A DNA stretch of 64,000 nucleotides from Castellaniella sp. GTDB taxonomy: Bacteria; Pseudomonadota; Gammaproteobacteria; Burkholderiales; Burkholderiaceae_B. Under the pieces are notes generated by a model. The model saw nothing but the letters and a program-made list of their open reading frames with translations. It did not search any database and was not told the DNA's origin. The translations under genes were made by a program, and so were the position numbers. The stretch spans positions 2,831 through 66,830 of the forward strand of contig NZ_JBAYTI010000004.1 in assembly GCF_041675725.1 (NCBI RefSeq), given 5' to 3'. Every line of letters begins with the position of its first letter. Positions within the stretch are counted from its first letter, which is position 1. Below are positions 8,451-17,800 of this stretch, one piece after another.

Positions 8451-9289
8451 CCCGGGTAGCGATCGCCGCGCTTGAAACGTTTCCAGCCATTGAAGACGGG
8501 CGCCATCCATGGGCTGGCGGCCACCCGGATGCGTCGACCCACCGAGGCCCCCGTGGTATTGCGCACGGCAAAACGGAAGATCATGGTGGGGTCCGATCCG
8601 GGACGATTCCGGCCAAAAGCGCGGGTCGTATAAAGATGGCGGAAGCCGGCCTCCTGGGCGATGCGCACGTAGTCTGCATCGAAATACCCCTGCGGCCAAC
8701 ACAGATGATCCGAGACTTCGCCGAGCCGAGCCTGCAGGCTGGCCCTGGATTGAGCCAGCTCCTCGCGCATGTGCGCATTCTTGTCGCCCTCGAGCAGATC
8801 CCACCGGGTATGGGTATGGGTATGGCTGTGAAACTCACAGACGCCACTGGCCCGCATGCGCTCGATCTCGGACCAGCGTAATGCGAAGGCGTCGGTGTCG
8901 CCCTGCGCCCTGAGCCTCTTGAATTCGGCGTGGGTCGGCGTGTAGGGCACCGGCCCGGACGTACCGGCGTGCGCGCGTGGCGCGCCCTCGCCCACCCATC
9001 CGGTGACCAGAAAAATCACGCCATGAAAACCGAACGCTTTCAGCAGGGGCCAGGCGTGGACATAATTGTCGAGGTAGCCGTCATCGAACGTAATGAGTAT
9101 CGACCGCCTGGGTGCCGGTTTTCGCCCGGCCAGGTGATCGGCGAACTGGTGGCAGGTCAGGCTGCGGTAACCATGCGCCTGGAGCCACTGCAGCTGATCA
9201 CGAAAATGCGCGGGCGTGACATTGATGTCCCCCCCGGCCGGAGTCACGTGATGGTACATCAGTACCGGCACGATCGGTTCTCGGGTCAT
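8447..9289 (-). CDS. Polysaccharide deacetylase (NodB/CE4 domain), copy 2
   Basis: Motifs VLMYHHV, ITFDDGYLDN and FHSHTHTHTRW. It is only distantly related to copy 1. ATGA overlap with the upstream GT4 at 9286-9289. Confidence 0.8.
   Translation of the reverse strand: MTREPIVPVLMYHHVTPAGGDINVTPAHFRDQLQWLQAHGYRSLTCHQFADHLAGRKPAPRRSILITFDDGYLDNYVHAWPLLKAFGFHGVIFLVTGWVGEGAPRAHAGTSGPVPYTPTHAEFKRLRAQGDTDAFALRWSEIERMRASGVCEFHSHTHTHTRWDLLEGDKNAHMREELAQSRASLQARLGEVSDHLCWPQGYFDADYVRIAQEAGFRHLYTTRAFGRNRPGSDPTMIFRFAVRNTTGASVGRRIRVAASPWMAPVFNGWKRFKRGDRYPG
8807..8824 (-). repeat. Perfect hexanucleotide repeat (ggtatg)x3 inside deacetylase copy 2, encoding HTHTHT
   Basis: Read directly: ggtatg at 8807-8812, 8813-8818 and 8819-8824. 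On the minus strand this is cat acc x3, within the motif FHSHTHTHTRW. Confidence 0.9.
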
Positions 9290-10383
9290 GCGTTCAATTC
9301 CTTCAGCCAGCGGTCATAGCAGGCCTCGGTGTCCGCCACCAGGGTTTCGGTGTCGAAGCGGCCGCTTTCATGAATGAATTTCAGGCCAGCCTGCCCCATG
9401 GTGCGACGCAGGCCGGGATCGTCGATCAGCCGCGCCAGCGCCTGCTCTAGTGCAGCCGTATCCTGGACGGGCACCAACAAGCCCGTCACGCCATTTTGCA
9501 ACATTTCCGCCACGCCGCCCACATCGGTGCCCACGACGGGCAAACCGGCCATCGCCGCCTCCACGAAGACCGTGCCTGATGCCTCTTGCTCGGTTGCCAA
9601 GGCAAACACGTCGAACCCTGCCAGCACGTTGGGGATATCCTGGCGCCGTCCGGCAAAGATGACCTTGGCCTGTAGACCCGAATGGCGCACATCGGCTTGC
9701 AGCTCTTCATACAATGGCGACCCATCGCCGACCAGGACGAGATAAACCTCTGGGCGCTGCAGCAGGCCGCGCATGGCCTCGATCAGAACCCGGTGCCCTT
9801 TTTTTTCACGCATGACGGCCACACAGCCGACGACCACGGCATGCGCCGGAATACCCAGTTCGGCCCGTAAGGTCGACTCGGGCACCGGGTCGAACGATGG
9901 CACAGGCGAATAGACGGTGGCGAGCTTTGCTGATGGCACCCCCCGCGCGATCAACAGCTGCCCGACGTGGTCACTGACCGTCGTGACCCGATGCGGCACC
10001 CCGGTGTACGACAGCAACGATCGGGGCGCGATGGCCAGGTGACGAGTGCGTACGATGAGCGGTGTGCCCGCCAGCCGTGCCGCCACGCCAGCCAACAGCG
10101 TATCGCGTCGGCTATGGGTATTGAGGACATCGAACCGGCCGGCTTTCAAGTATCGGCGCAGCTGCAAGACGCCTCGCACATAGTTGCGCGGCCCATCCAT
10201 GAGCAGGGTCTGAACCGCAAAACCCGCCTCGACCAGCTTGCCTGTCAGGCGGGCGTGGGGTTGGCAGATGGCCTCAAGAGAATGGCCACGATCTCGCATG
10301 GCGCACATTTCTTTGAAAATCCGGTTCTCTTGCCCGCCAAAACTGGTGGCAGCCTCGGAGTGCACGATCCGCAAGGGCCTCAT
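9286..10383 (-). CDS. Glycosyltransferase family 4 (GT-B, group 1)
   Basis: Trimmed to the ATG at 10383 (tcat at 10380-10383, an ATGA overlap with the dnaE stop). Reads MRPLRIVHSEAATSFGGQENR, with EASGTVFVEAAMAGLPVVGTDVGG in the C-terminal half. Confidence 0.8.
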   Translation of the reverse strand: MRPLRIVHSEAATSFGGQENRIFKEMCAMRDRGHSLEAICQPHARLTGKLVEAGFAVQTLLMDGPRNYVRGVLQLRRYLKAGRFDVLNTHSRRDTLLAGVAARLAGTPLIVRTRHLAIAPRSLLSYTGVPHRVTTVSDHVGQLLIARGVPSAKLATVYSPVPSFDPVPESTLRAELGIPAHAVVVGCVAVMREKKGHRVLIEAMRGLLQRPEVYLVLVGDGSPLYEELQADVRHSGLQAKVIFAGRRQDIPNVLAGFDVFALATEQEASGTVFVEAAMAGLPVVGTDVGGVAEMLQNGVTGLLVPVQDTAALEQALARLIDDPGLRRTMGQAGLKFIHESGRFDTETLVADTEACYDRWLKELNA

Positions 10384-13300
10384 CCGTAGTGCACCTCGAC
10401 CGCATCGGCACCCAGCCACTCGCGGGCGCCAGCCAGCAGTTCGTCATCCAGGCGCACCCGCCAGCCATCCGCAAGACGCAGCAGGCACGCAAAGCCCGGC
10501 GTGCGCAGGCGCAGTTCGACCGGTACGCCGGCTCCCCCACGGCAGCGGGGCAGGAGCAAGTCACGCAGACGCGGTATATCCAGGTCGGCCTGGAAGGTCA
10601 GACGCAAGCTGCGCGCCCTGGATTCGCGCATTTCCTGGAGAGAGCAGAGGACATCGGCGGAAACGCGCAGGCCCCCCGAGTATTCGTCGTGCGCCACCCG
10701 GCCCTGGATCACCAATGGACGATCGGCTTTCAAATCCTGGGCATGCTGCGTATAGAGTTCGTTGAAGATCGCTACTTCGACCTGGGCCGTTCCGTCATCC
10801 AGCACAGCATAGACCATCTTGCCCCGCCTGCCCATGCGCGTGCGCACCTCGACCAGCACCCCGGCCAGCCACTGAGCATGGCGCGCCGGCGCGAGCCGGT
10901 CCAGCGGCACGGGCGCGACGCGGCGGATTTCATCGCGCCAGGCATCGAACAGGTGCCCACTGAAGTAGAAACCCAGCGCCTGCTTTTCCTGGGTCAGCCG
11001 GGTTTCCAGATCCCAGGCGGGCACGCGCGCCAGCTCTTGCGCCATGACCTGGGGCGTATCGTCTTCAAACAGCGACACCTGATTGGCATCGCGCTCTTGT
11101 TGCTCGGCGGCCTCCATGGCCCTGGGCAGCGTGGCCAGCATGGCCGCCCGGCTGCCCTCGAGCGAATCGAAGGCACCCGCCCGGATGAGCGCCTCGATTG
11201 TGCGCCGATTGACCACGTGCCGGTGTACGCGCGCGCAGAAATCAAAGAGGCTTGCAAAGGGCCCGTCGGCATCCCGCGCCTGGAGGATGGCCTCGACGGC
11301 CGCCTGCCCGGCACCTTTGACCCCGCCCAGCCCATAGCGAACGGTGCGCGGCGGATGGCCCTGGCGGGTATGCTCGTCTTCGACTGGCGCAAACCGCCAG
11401 GTGGACGCGTTGATGTCCGGCGGCAGCACGGCGACGCCATTGTTCAGCGCATCACGCCAGAAGATCTGCAGCTTGTCGGTATCGTCCATGTCGGAAAGCA
11501 TGGTGGCCGCCAGAAATTCTGCCGGATGATGGCGCTTCAACCACGCTGTCTGATAGGCGATCAGGGCATAAGCGGCGGAATGGCTCTTGTTGAAGCCATA
11601 GCCGGCAAATTTCTCCATCAAGTCGAACAAATGGGCGGCGAGATCGGCGGCATAGCCCTTGTTCGCAGCCCCTTCGAGGAAGATGGCGCGGTGCCTGGCC
11701 ATTTCTTCGGGCTTTTTCTTGCCCATTGCCCGCCTGAGCAGATCCGCCCCGCCCAGCGAATACCCGCCGATGATCTGGGAGATCTGCATCACCTGTTCCT
11801 GATACACGATGACGCCATACGTGCTGTTGAGCACAGGCTCGAGATCGGGATGGAAATAATCCACCTTGACCCGGCCGTGCTTGCGCTGCACAAAATCGAC
11901 CACCATGCCGGATTCGAGCGGCCCAGGCCGAAACAGCGCCAGCAGCGCGATCACGTCCTCGAACGTACTGGGCTGCATGCTTTTGAGCAGCTCTTTCATG
12001 CCCCGCGATTCCAGCTGAAACACCGCCGTCGTATTGGCCGATGACAACAGCTCGTAGGTCGGCTGATCATCGAGCGGCAGGGCCATGAGATCAAAGTCCG
12101 CCATGTGCGCATTGAACTGGCGCACGTAGCGTACGGCCCAATCCAGGATGGTCAGGTTGCGCAGCCCGAGAAAGTCGAATTTCACCAGGCCCGCCGATTC
12201 GACATCGTCTTTGTCGAATTGCGAGACGACGCTGTTTTCACTGCCAGGCTGGCAATACAGAGGGCAGAAATCGGTCAATTGGCCCGGCGCAATCAAAACC
12301 CCACCGGCGTGCATGCCGACGTTTCGGGTCAGGCCTTCCAGGGGCCGGGCCAGATCGATCAGTGCGTGGATTTCCTCGTCCGAGTCGTACAGCTCCTTGA
12401 ATGCCGGTTCGTTTTCCAGCGTACGCTCGAGGGACCAGGGGTCGGCCGGATTGAATGGGATCATCTTGGAGAGACGGTCGCACAGGCTGTAGGGCATTTC
12501 CAGCACCCGACCCACGTCGCGCACCACCGCCTTGGCCCCCAGCGAACCGAATGTCGCGATCTGGCTGACGGCATCGCGGCCGTATTTCTGCTTGACGTAC
12601 TCGATGACCCGTTCCCGGTTGTCCTGGCAGAAATCGATATCGAAATCCGGCATGGACACCCGCTCGGGGTTCAGGAAGCGCTCGAACAGCAAGTCGTAGC
12701 GCAAGGGGTCCAGATCGGTAATGCCCAGGCTGTAGGCCACCAGCGAACCCGCCCCGGAACCGCGTCCCGGGCCCACGGGCACCCCGTGGCTCTTGCCCCA
12801 GTTGATGAAGTCCTGGACGATCAGGAAATAGCCCGGGAACCCCATATCGATGATGGTTTTGCATTCGCGCTCGAGCCGCGCCTGGTAATGCGGCATCTGG
12901 CGGTCACGCTCGGAGGCATCAGGATACAGCTGCACCATGCGCCGCTGCAGCCCGCTTCGGGCGAGCCCGACCAGATGGTCCTCGAGACTGACCCCGTCGG
13001 GGGTGGGGAAAGGGGGCAGCTGTGGCTGGTCCAGCACCAGCGACACAGTGCAGCGACGGGCGATCTGCACGGCGTTGTCGAGGGCGGATGGGATGTCGGC
13101 GAAGCGTTGCGCCATCTCGGCGCTATCGGGCATGTACTGCCGGGCGGTGTAGCGTCGGACCCGCCGGGGATTGCCCAGCAACTCGCCATCGGCGATACAG
13201 ACGCGAACCTCGTGAGCGCGAAAATCATCGGCTTCTAAAAACTGGATGGGATGGGTCGCCACCACCGGCAGCCCGCATTCGGCCGCCAGGCGCACCGAAG

Positions 13301-13859
13301 ACTGCACCAGCTGTTCTTCCGCGTCGAACCCGGCGCGCTGCAGTTCAACGAAATAGCATCCGGGGAAATCGGCGGACCATTGTGCGGCCAGCTGGCGGGC
13401 GTCATCTTCGCGCCCGGCCTCGAGCGCCTGCCCCACGTCGCCATCACGAGCCCCCGACAGCACGATCATGCCGGGCAACCCGGCCAGCCATTCACGACGC
13501 AGCTCAGCCCGCCCCGACTGGCTGTTCTCCAGCCACGCGCGCGTCAGCAGCCTGCACAGTGCCAAATAGGCATCGTGATTGGACGCCAGCAGGAGGATGC
13601 GAAACGGCTTGCGCGGGTCATCCGGGTTATGCAGCCACACGTCACAGCCGGCGATGGGTTTGATCCCCGCCTTGCGCGCCGCCTTGTAGAACTTGATCCA
13701 GCCAAACAGGTTCGCCAGATCCGTCAGCGCCAGCGCCGGTTGGCCATATTCCCGCGCTTTGGCAACCAATGCCGGAATACGGGCCGTGCCGTCGACCACG
13801 GAAAACTCGCTGTGGCAGCGCAGATGAACGAACAGGGGGGAATCGGAAACAGGCGTCAT
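10380..13859 (-). CDS. dnaE: DNA polymerase III alpha subunit
   Basis: Start trimmed to the ATG at 13859 (MTPVSDSPLFVHLRCHSEFS, the start of the PHP domain). Also GMHAGGVLIAPG and KFDFLGLRNLTIL. About 1159 aa. Confidence 0.95.
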   Translation of the reverse strand: MTPVSDSPLFVHLRCHSEFSVVDGTARIPALVAKAREYGQPALALTDLANLFGWIKFYKAARKAGIKPIAGCDVWLHNPDDPRKPFRILLLASNHDAYLALCRLLTRAWLENSQSGRAELRREWLAGLPGMIVLSGARDGDVGQALEAGREDDARQLAAQWSADFPGCYFVELQRAGFDAEEQLVQSSVRLAAECGLPVVATHPIQFLEADDFRAHEVRVCIADGELLGNPRRVRRYTARQYMPDSAEMAQRFADIPSALDNAVQIARRCTVSLVLDQPQLPPFPTPDGVSLEDHLVGLARSGLQRRMVQLYPDASERDRQMPHYQARLERECKTIIDMGFPGYFLIVQDFINWGKSHGVPVGPGRGSGAGSLVAYSLGITDLDPLRYDLLFERFLNPERVSMPDFDIDFCQDNRERVIEYVKQKYGRDAVSQIATFGSLGAKAVVRDVGRVLEMPYSLCDRLSKMIPFNPADPWSLERTLENEPAFKELYDSDEEIHALIDLARPLEGLTRNVGMHAGGVLIAPGQLTDFCPLYCQPGSENSVVSQFDKDDVESAGLVKFDFLGLRNLTILDWAVRYVRQFNAHMADFDLMALPLDDQPTYELLSSANTTAVFQLESRGMKELLKSMQPSTFEDVIALLALFRPGPLESGMVVDFVQRKHGRVKVDYFHPDLEPVLNSTYGVIVYQEQVMQISQIIGGYSLGGADLLRRAMGKKKPEEMARHRAIFLEGAANKGYAADLAAHLFDLMEKFAGYGFNKSHSAAYALIAYQTAWLKRHHPAEFLAATMLSDMDDTDKLQIFWRDALNNGVAVLPPDINASTWRFAPVEDEHTRQGHPPRTVRYGLGGVKGAGQAAVEAILQARDADGPFASLFDFCARVHRHVVNRRTIEALIRAGAFDSLEGSRAAMLATLPRAMEAAEQQERDANQVSLFEDDTPQVMAQELARVPAWDLETRLTQEKQALGFYFSGHLFDAWRDEIRRVAPVPLDRLAPARHAQWLAGVLVEVRTRMGRRGKMVYAVLDDGTAQVEVAIFNELYTQHAQDLKADRPLVIQGRVAHDEYSGGLRVSADVLCSLQEMRESRARSLRLTFQADLDIPRLRDLLLPRCRGGAGVPVELRLRTPGFACLLRLADGWRVRLDDELLAGAREWLGADAVEVHYG

Positions 13860-13898
13860 GCGCAAGATTGTACTCAGTGTCGGTCGCAGACCCGGCAC

Positions 13899-16800
13899 TC
13901 AACGCTGGCGGGCCGACCATGCCTTGTGCAGGCGCTTGACCGACACTGGAAACGGCGTCTTGAGCTCCTGCGCAAAGAGAGCGACGCGCAACTCTTCCAA
14001 CTGCCAGCGGAACTGGTCCAGGTCGGCGTCAGGCGCGCCCTTGAGGGCGGCACGCGCGCGCTGGTAGGCCAACGACAACGGCGCCATGTCCGCCATCAGG
14101 CGGGCGTCGCGAGTCGGGTCGGCCCGCAGTTTGTCGATCCGCAGCTGCATGGCCTTGAGATACCGGGGCAGATGCCTGAACGAATCCGGCGGCGTGTCTG
14201 TCACGAAATTCGCATGCACCAGGCCCTCGAGCTGCTGGCGCATGTCCTGGTGAGCCTGCGCCCAGGGCCTGGCCTGCGGCAATTTCTTGAGCAGCCGCGC
14301 GCGCTCATCCAGTATCTTCCCGGTCTGCAATGCACATTCGCGAGCCAGCAGCCCGAGGCGGCTGCGCCCCTGCGTGCAACGCTGCTCGAAGGCCGCGGCG
14401 TCTTCGGGCCAGGGCTCGATGAGGCAGGCCTGGTCCAGCGCCACCGCCATGATCTGTTCTGCCAGGGCGCGCACGTCACCCAGATCGATGAACTGCATCC
14501 CCATGCGTGTCAGATCCGGCAGGTTTTTCTCGAGCTGTCGCACCGGTTCGGCCAGAGCCAGCCGGAACAGGCGCCGCAGACCCACGGCGTGGACCCGGCG
14601 CGCTTCCTGGGGATCGTCGAAGACTTCGAGATCGCAATGCGTCCCCCGGTCCCGCAATGCCGGGTAGCCGATCAACGATTGCCCTGCGCGCCGGATTTCC
14701 AGCAGTTCGGGCAATGGACCAAACCCCCAGGACGTCAGACCTTCGTGCTCCAGCACCTGGGCCGCCTGCTGGTCATCGACGGCGATGCGCTGGAAGGACG
14801 CCCGGGCCTCGCGCCCGTGTTCGGCGCGCAGCTGATCCAGGCTGCGTCCGCCCGACAGCATGCGGCCGTGCTCGTCCACCACCTTGAAATTCATGAACAA
14901 GTGCGCGGGCAAGGTTTCCGGCTTGAAATCGCTGGCCTGGACGACCAGGCGACGCTGCTCGCGCAGATCCAGGATGAGCGCCTCGATGAGGCCCATGCCC
15001 GGATCGGCCGCGCGATCGAACCAGCGTGCATGGAAATCGGCTGCATACTCGGGCAGCGGCACGCAGTGCCGGCGCAGTTTTTGCGGCAGCGACCTGAGCA
15101 ACAGATGCACCTTTTCCTTCAACATCCCCGGCACCAGCCATTCGCAGCGCGCCGCTTCGATCTGGTTCAAGGCAAACAGCGGTATGGTCAGCGTCATTCC
15201 GTCGCGCGGCGAACCCGGTTCGAAATGATAGTCCACTGCAAGTTCCGTACCCGCCCAGTGCAATCGGCGGGGAAACACCTCGGTGGTGACCCCGGCCGCG
15301 TCGTGCTGCATCAGGGCTTCGCGATCCAGTTGAAGCGCCGCCTTCGCCGGCTTGTCCAACGTCTTGTACCAGGCTTCCAGGCTGGCCGTCTGACAGACTT
15401 CGGCGGGGATCTGTCCGTCATAGAATGCCGCGATGAGCCCGTCATCCACCAGAATATCGGGCCGGCGGCTCTGGTGCTCGAGGCGCTCGATGGAAGCGAT
15501 CAGGCGCCGATTGTGCCGGATGAAGGGCAGCGTGCTGTCGATGTCGCCCGGCACTAATGCCTGTTCGATGAAAATCGCCCGCGCGCCCTCGGGATCGATG
15601 CGCCCGTAGTGCACCCGCCGTCCATGATAGACCGGCAGCCCATGCACGCTGCCGCGCTCGTGGGCGACCACCTGCCCCGATTTTCTGTCCCAGCGCGGAT
15701 CCGACCATGACTTGCGCAACAAATGGGCCCCAGCCCGCTCCACCCAAACCGGTTCGATCTGCGCGACACAGCGCGCATACAGGCGACTGGTTTCCACCAG
15801 CTCGGCCGCCAGCACCCAGCGCCCCGCCTTCTTGTGCAGGGCAGAGCCCGGATGGATCGCAAAGCGGACCCCATGGGCGCCCTGATACAGCCCGCCCTCT
15901 TCGGTGCGCATGCCGATATTGCCCAGCAACCCGGCCAGCAGCGCCATGTGGATCTGCTCGGTGGTTGCGGGGGTCTGATTGACGCGCCAGCCCTGTTCGC
16001 GCACCAGGGCATGCAGTTGCACGTGCGTATCGTGCCATTCGCGCAGGCGCACTGGAGAAAGAAACCGGGCACGCAACTGGCCGACCAGCTTGCGCTGCGA
16101 TGCCTTTTGGGCCACCTGTTCACGATACCAATCCCAGAGTTTGATCCAGGCAAGGAATTCGGACTGCTTGTCCCTGAACATGGATTGCGCCTGATCAGCC
16201 GCCTCGCGGGCCTGCATGGGCCGCTCGCGGGGATCCTGGATCGACAGGGCGGCTGCGATCACAAGGACTTCCCGCAGACACTGCTGTTCGTGCGCCGCGT
16301 GGATCATGCGCGCGACCCGGGGATCCACCGGTAGGCGCGCCAACTGCCGCCCCACCGGTGTCAGAGCGTTGCCGTCATCCAAAGCGCCCAACTCCTGCAG
16401 CAGCTGGTAGCCATCGGCCACCGCGCGTCCGCTGGGCGGCTGAACGAACGGGAAGCGTTCTATGTCGTCGAGGCGCAGGGCTTTCATGCGCAGGATGACG
16501 GCAGCCAGCGACGAACGCAGAATCTCTGGATCGGTAAATGCGGGCCGCTGCAGGAAATCCGCCTCTGAGTACAGGCGGATGCAGACCCCGGGCCCGAGAC
16601 GGCCACACCGGCCGGCACGCTGGTTGGCCGATGCCTGGCTGATAGGCTCGATGTGCAGCTGCTCGACCTTGCTGCGCCAGGAATACCGCTTGACCCGCGC
16701 CAGGCCACTGTCGACCACATAGCGGATGCCAGGCACCGTCAGCGAGGTTTCAGCCACATTGGTGGCCAGTATGATACGCCGGGCCTGACCATCCGGACGA

Positions 16801-17759
16801 AAGATCTGCGCCTGCTCGGCCCGCGACAACCTGGCATAGAGCGGCAATATCTCGGCCCCCCCCAGGTGGCGCTTGCGCAGGCCGTCCGCACACTCGCGGA
16901 TTTCCCGCTCGCCGGGCAGGAAGACGAGGACGTCGCCCGGCCCCTCGCGCATGCACTCTTCCACGCCATCGCCCGCGGCTTCGACGAGGTCGCGTTCCTC
17001 GTCGGCCGGCTCGCGCCCGATTCCGTCCGGGTCATCGGCGAGAATCGGCCGGTACCGCAATTCGACCGGATGCAGGCGCCCCGAAACCTGCACCACGGGT
17101 GCGGGCCGGCCCTGCGTACCAAAATGCTGGGCAAAGCGCTCGGCGTCGATGGTGGCCGACGTAATGATGAGCTTCAGGTCCTTGCGGCGCGCGAGCAAAC
17201 GCTTGAGAAACCCCAGCAGAAAGTCGATGTTGAGGCTGCGCTCGTGCGCTTCGTCGATGATCAAGGTGTCATAGCGGCGCAGCAGAGGATCGCGCTGGGT
17301 TTCCGCCAACAGGATGCCGTCCGTCATGAGCTTGATGGCGGTGGCGGGCCCCTCGCGCTGGCTGAAGCGAATCTGATAGCCGACCCAGTCTCCCAGTTCG
17401 GTCCCCAATTCCTGGGCGATGCGCTGCGCCACGGACGTAGCCGCCAGACGCCTGGGCTGGGTATGGCCGATCATGCCTTTGCGCCCCCGCCCCAGCTCGA
17501 GACAGATCTTGGGCAATTGCGTGGTCTTGCCCGAGCCGGTCTCTCCACACACGATCACCACCTGATGATGCCGGATCGCCCGGGCGATTTCATCCTTGCG
17601 GGCACTGACCGGCAGATCGGCCGGAAAATTCAGGGCCGGCAGGGGCCGCTCGCCTGCCCCACCCCGAGCATCCTGCCGAGGTGGGCGAATCGGGCGGGCG
17701 GATCGTGTAACAACAGGTTCGGACAAAAGGACTCCCAAGACTGTAAACAAACCAGTCAT
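13899..17759 (-). CDS. hrpA: ATP-dependent RNA helicase HrpA (DEAH box)
   Basis: GETGSGKTTQLPK, IIDEAHERSLNIDFLLG, ATNVAETSLTVPGIRYVVD and a long HrpA C-terminal region. The start is uncertain. The first codons after the ATG at 17759 have AT-rich third positions, and the ORF-track start at 17933 would overlap argA. Confidence 0.9.
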   Translation of the reverse strand: MTGLFTVLGVLLSEPVVTRSARPIRPPRQDARGGAGERPLPALNFPADLPVSARKDEIARAIRHHQVVIVCGETGSGKTTQLPKICLELGRGRKGMIGHTQPRRLAATSVAQRIAQELGTELGDWVGYQIRFSQREGPATAIKLMTDGILLAETQRDPLLRRYDTLIIDEAHERSLNIDFLLGFLKRLLARRKDLKLIITSATIDAERFAQHFGTQGRPAPVVQVSGRLHPVELRYRPILADDPDGIGREPADEERDLVEAAGDGVEECMREGPGDVLVFLPGEREIRECADGLRKRHLGGAEILPLYARLSRAEQAQIFRPDGQARRIILATNVAETSLTVPGIRYVVDSGLARVKRYSWRSKVEQLHIEPISQASANQRAGRCGRLGPGVCIRLYSEADFLQRPAFTDPEILRSSLAAVILRMKALRLDDIERFPFVQPPSGRAVADGYQLLQELGALDDGNALTPVGRQLARLPVDPRVARMIHAAHEQQCLREVLVIAAALSIQDPRERPMQAREAADQAQSMFRDKQSEFLAWIKLWDWYREQVAQKASQRKLVGQLRARFLSPVRLREWHDTHVQLHALVREQGWRVNQTPATTEQIHMALLAGLLGNIGMRTEEGGLYQGAHGVRFAIHPGSALHKKAGRWVLAAELVETSRLYARCVAQIEPVWVERAGAHLLRKSWSDPRWDRKSGQVVAHERGSVHGLPVYHGRRVHYGRIDPEGARAIFIEQALVPGDIDSTLPFIRHNRRLIASIERLEHQSRRPDILVDDGLIAAFYDGQIPAEVCQTASLEAWYKTLDKPAKAALQLDREALMQHDAAGVTTEVFPRRLHWAGTELAVDYHFEPGSPRDGMTLTIPLFALNQIEAARCEWLVPGMLKEKVHLLLRSLPQKLRRHCVPLPEYAADFHARWFDRAADPGMGLIEALILDLREQRRLVVQASDFKPETLPAHLFMNFKVVDEHGRMLSGGRSLDQLRAEHGREARASFQRIAVDDQQAAQVLEHEGLTSWGFGPLPELLEIRRAGQSLIGYPALRDRGTHCDLEVFDDPQEARRVHAVGLRRLFRLALAEPVRQLEKNLPDLTRMGMQFIDLGDVRALAEQIMAVALDQACLIEPWPEDAAAFEQRCTQGRSRLGLLARECALQTGKILDERARLLKKLPQARPWAQAHQDMRQQLEGLVHANFVTDTPPDSFRHLPRYLKAMQLRIDKLRADPTRDARLMADMAPLSLAYQRARAALKGAPDADLDQFRWQLEELRVALFAQELKTPFPVSVKRLHKAWSARQR

Positions 17760-17765
17760 TATAAT
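17737..17765 (+). promoter_or_regulatory. Candidate sigma70 promoter for argA
   Basis: Perfect TATAAT at 17760-17765, with aaGACt 17 nt upstream (17737-17742). It sits 35 nt before the argA ATG, in the only AT-rich stretch of the hrpA/argA divergent region. Sequence match only. Confidence 0.3.
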
Positions 17766-17800
17766 TTCCCCTACGACCTGACCGTAGCCAGCAAGATGCC

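Noticed and set aside
10389-15557. Plus-strand ORFs of 551 aa (10389-12044), 377 aa (12105-13238) and 768 aa (13251-15557) antisense to dnaE and hrpA. One runs across the dnaE/hrpA junction.
   Set aside because: Same high-GC antisense artefact. The translations are low complexity with no family motifs, whereas the opposite strand encodes complete DnaE and HrpA.
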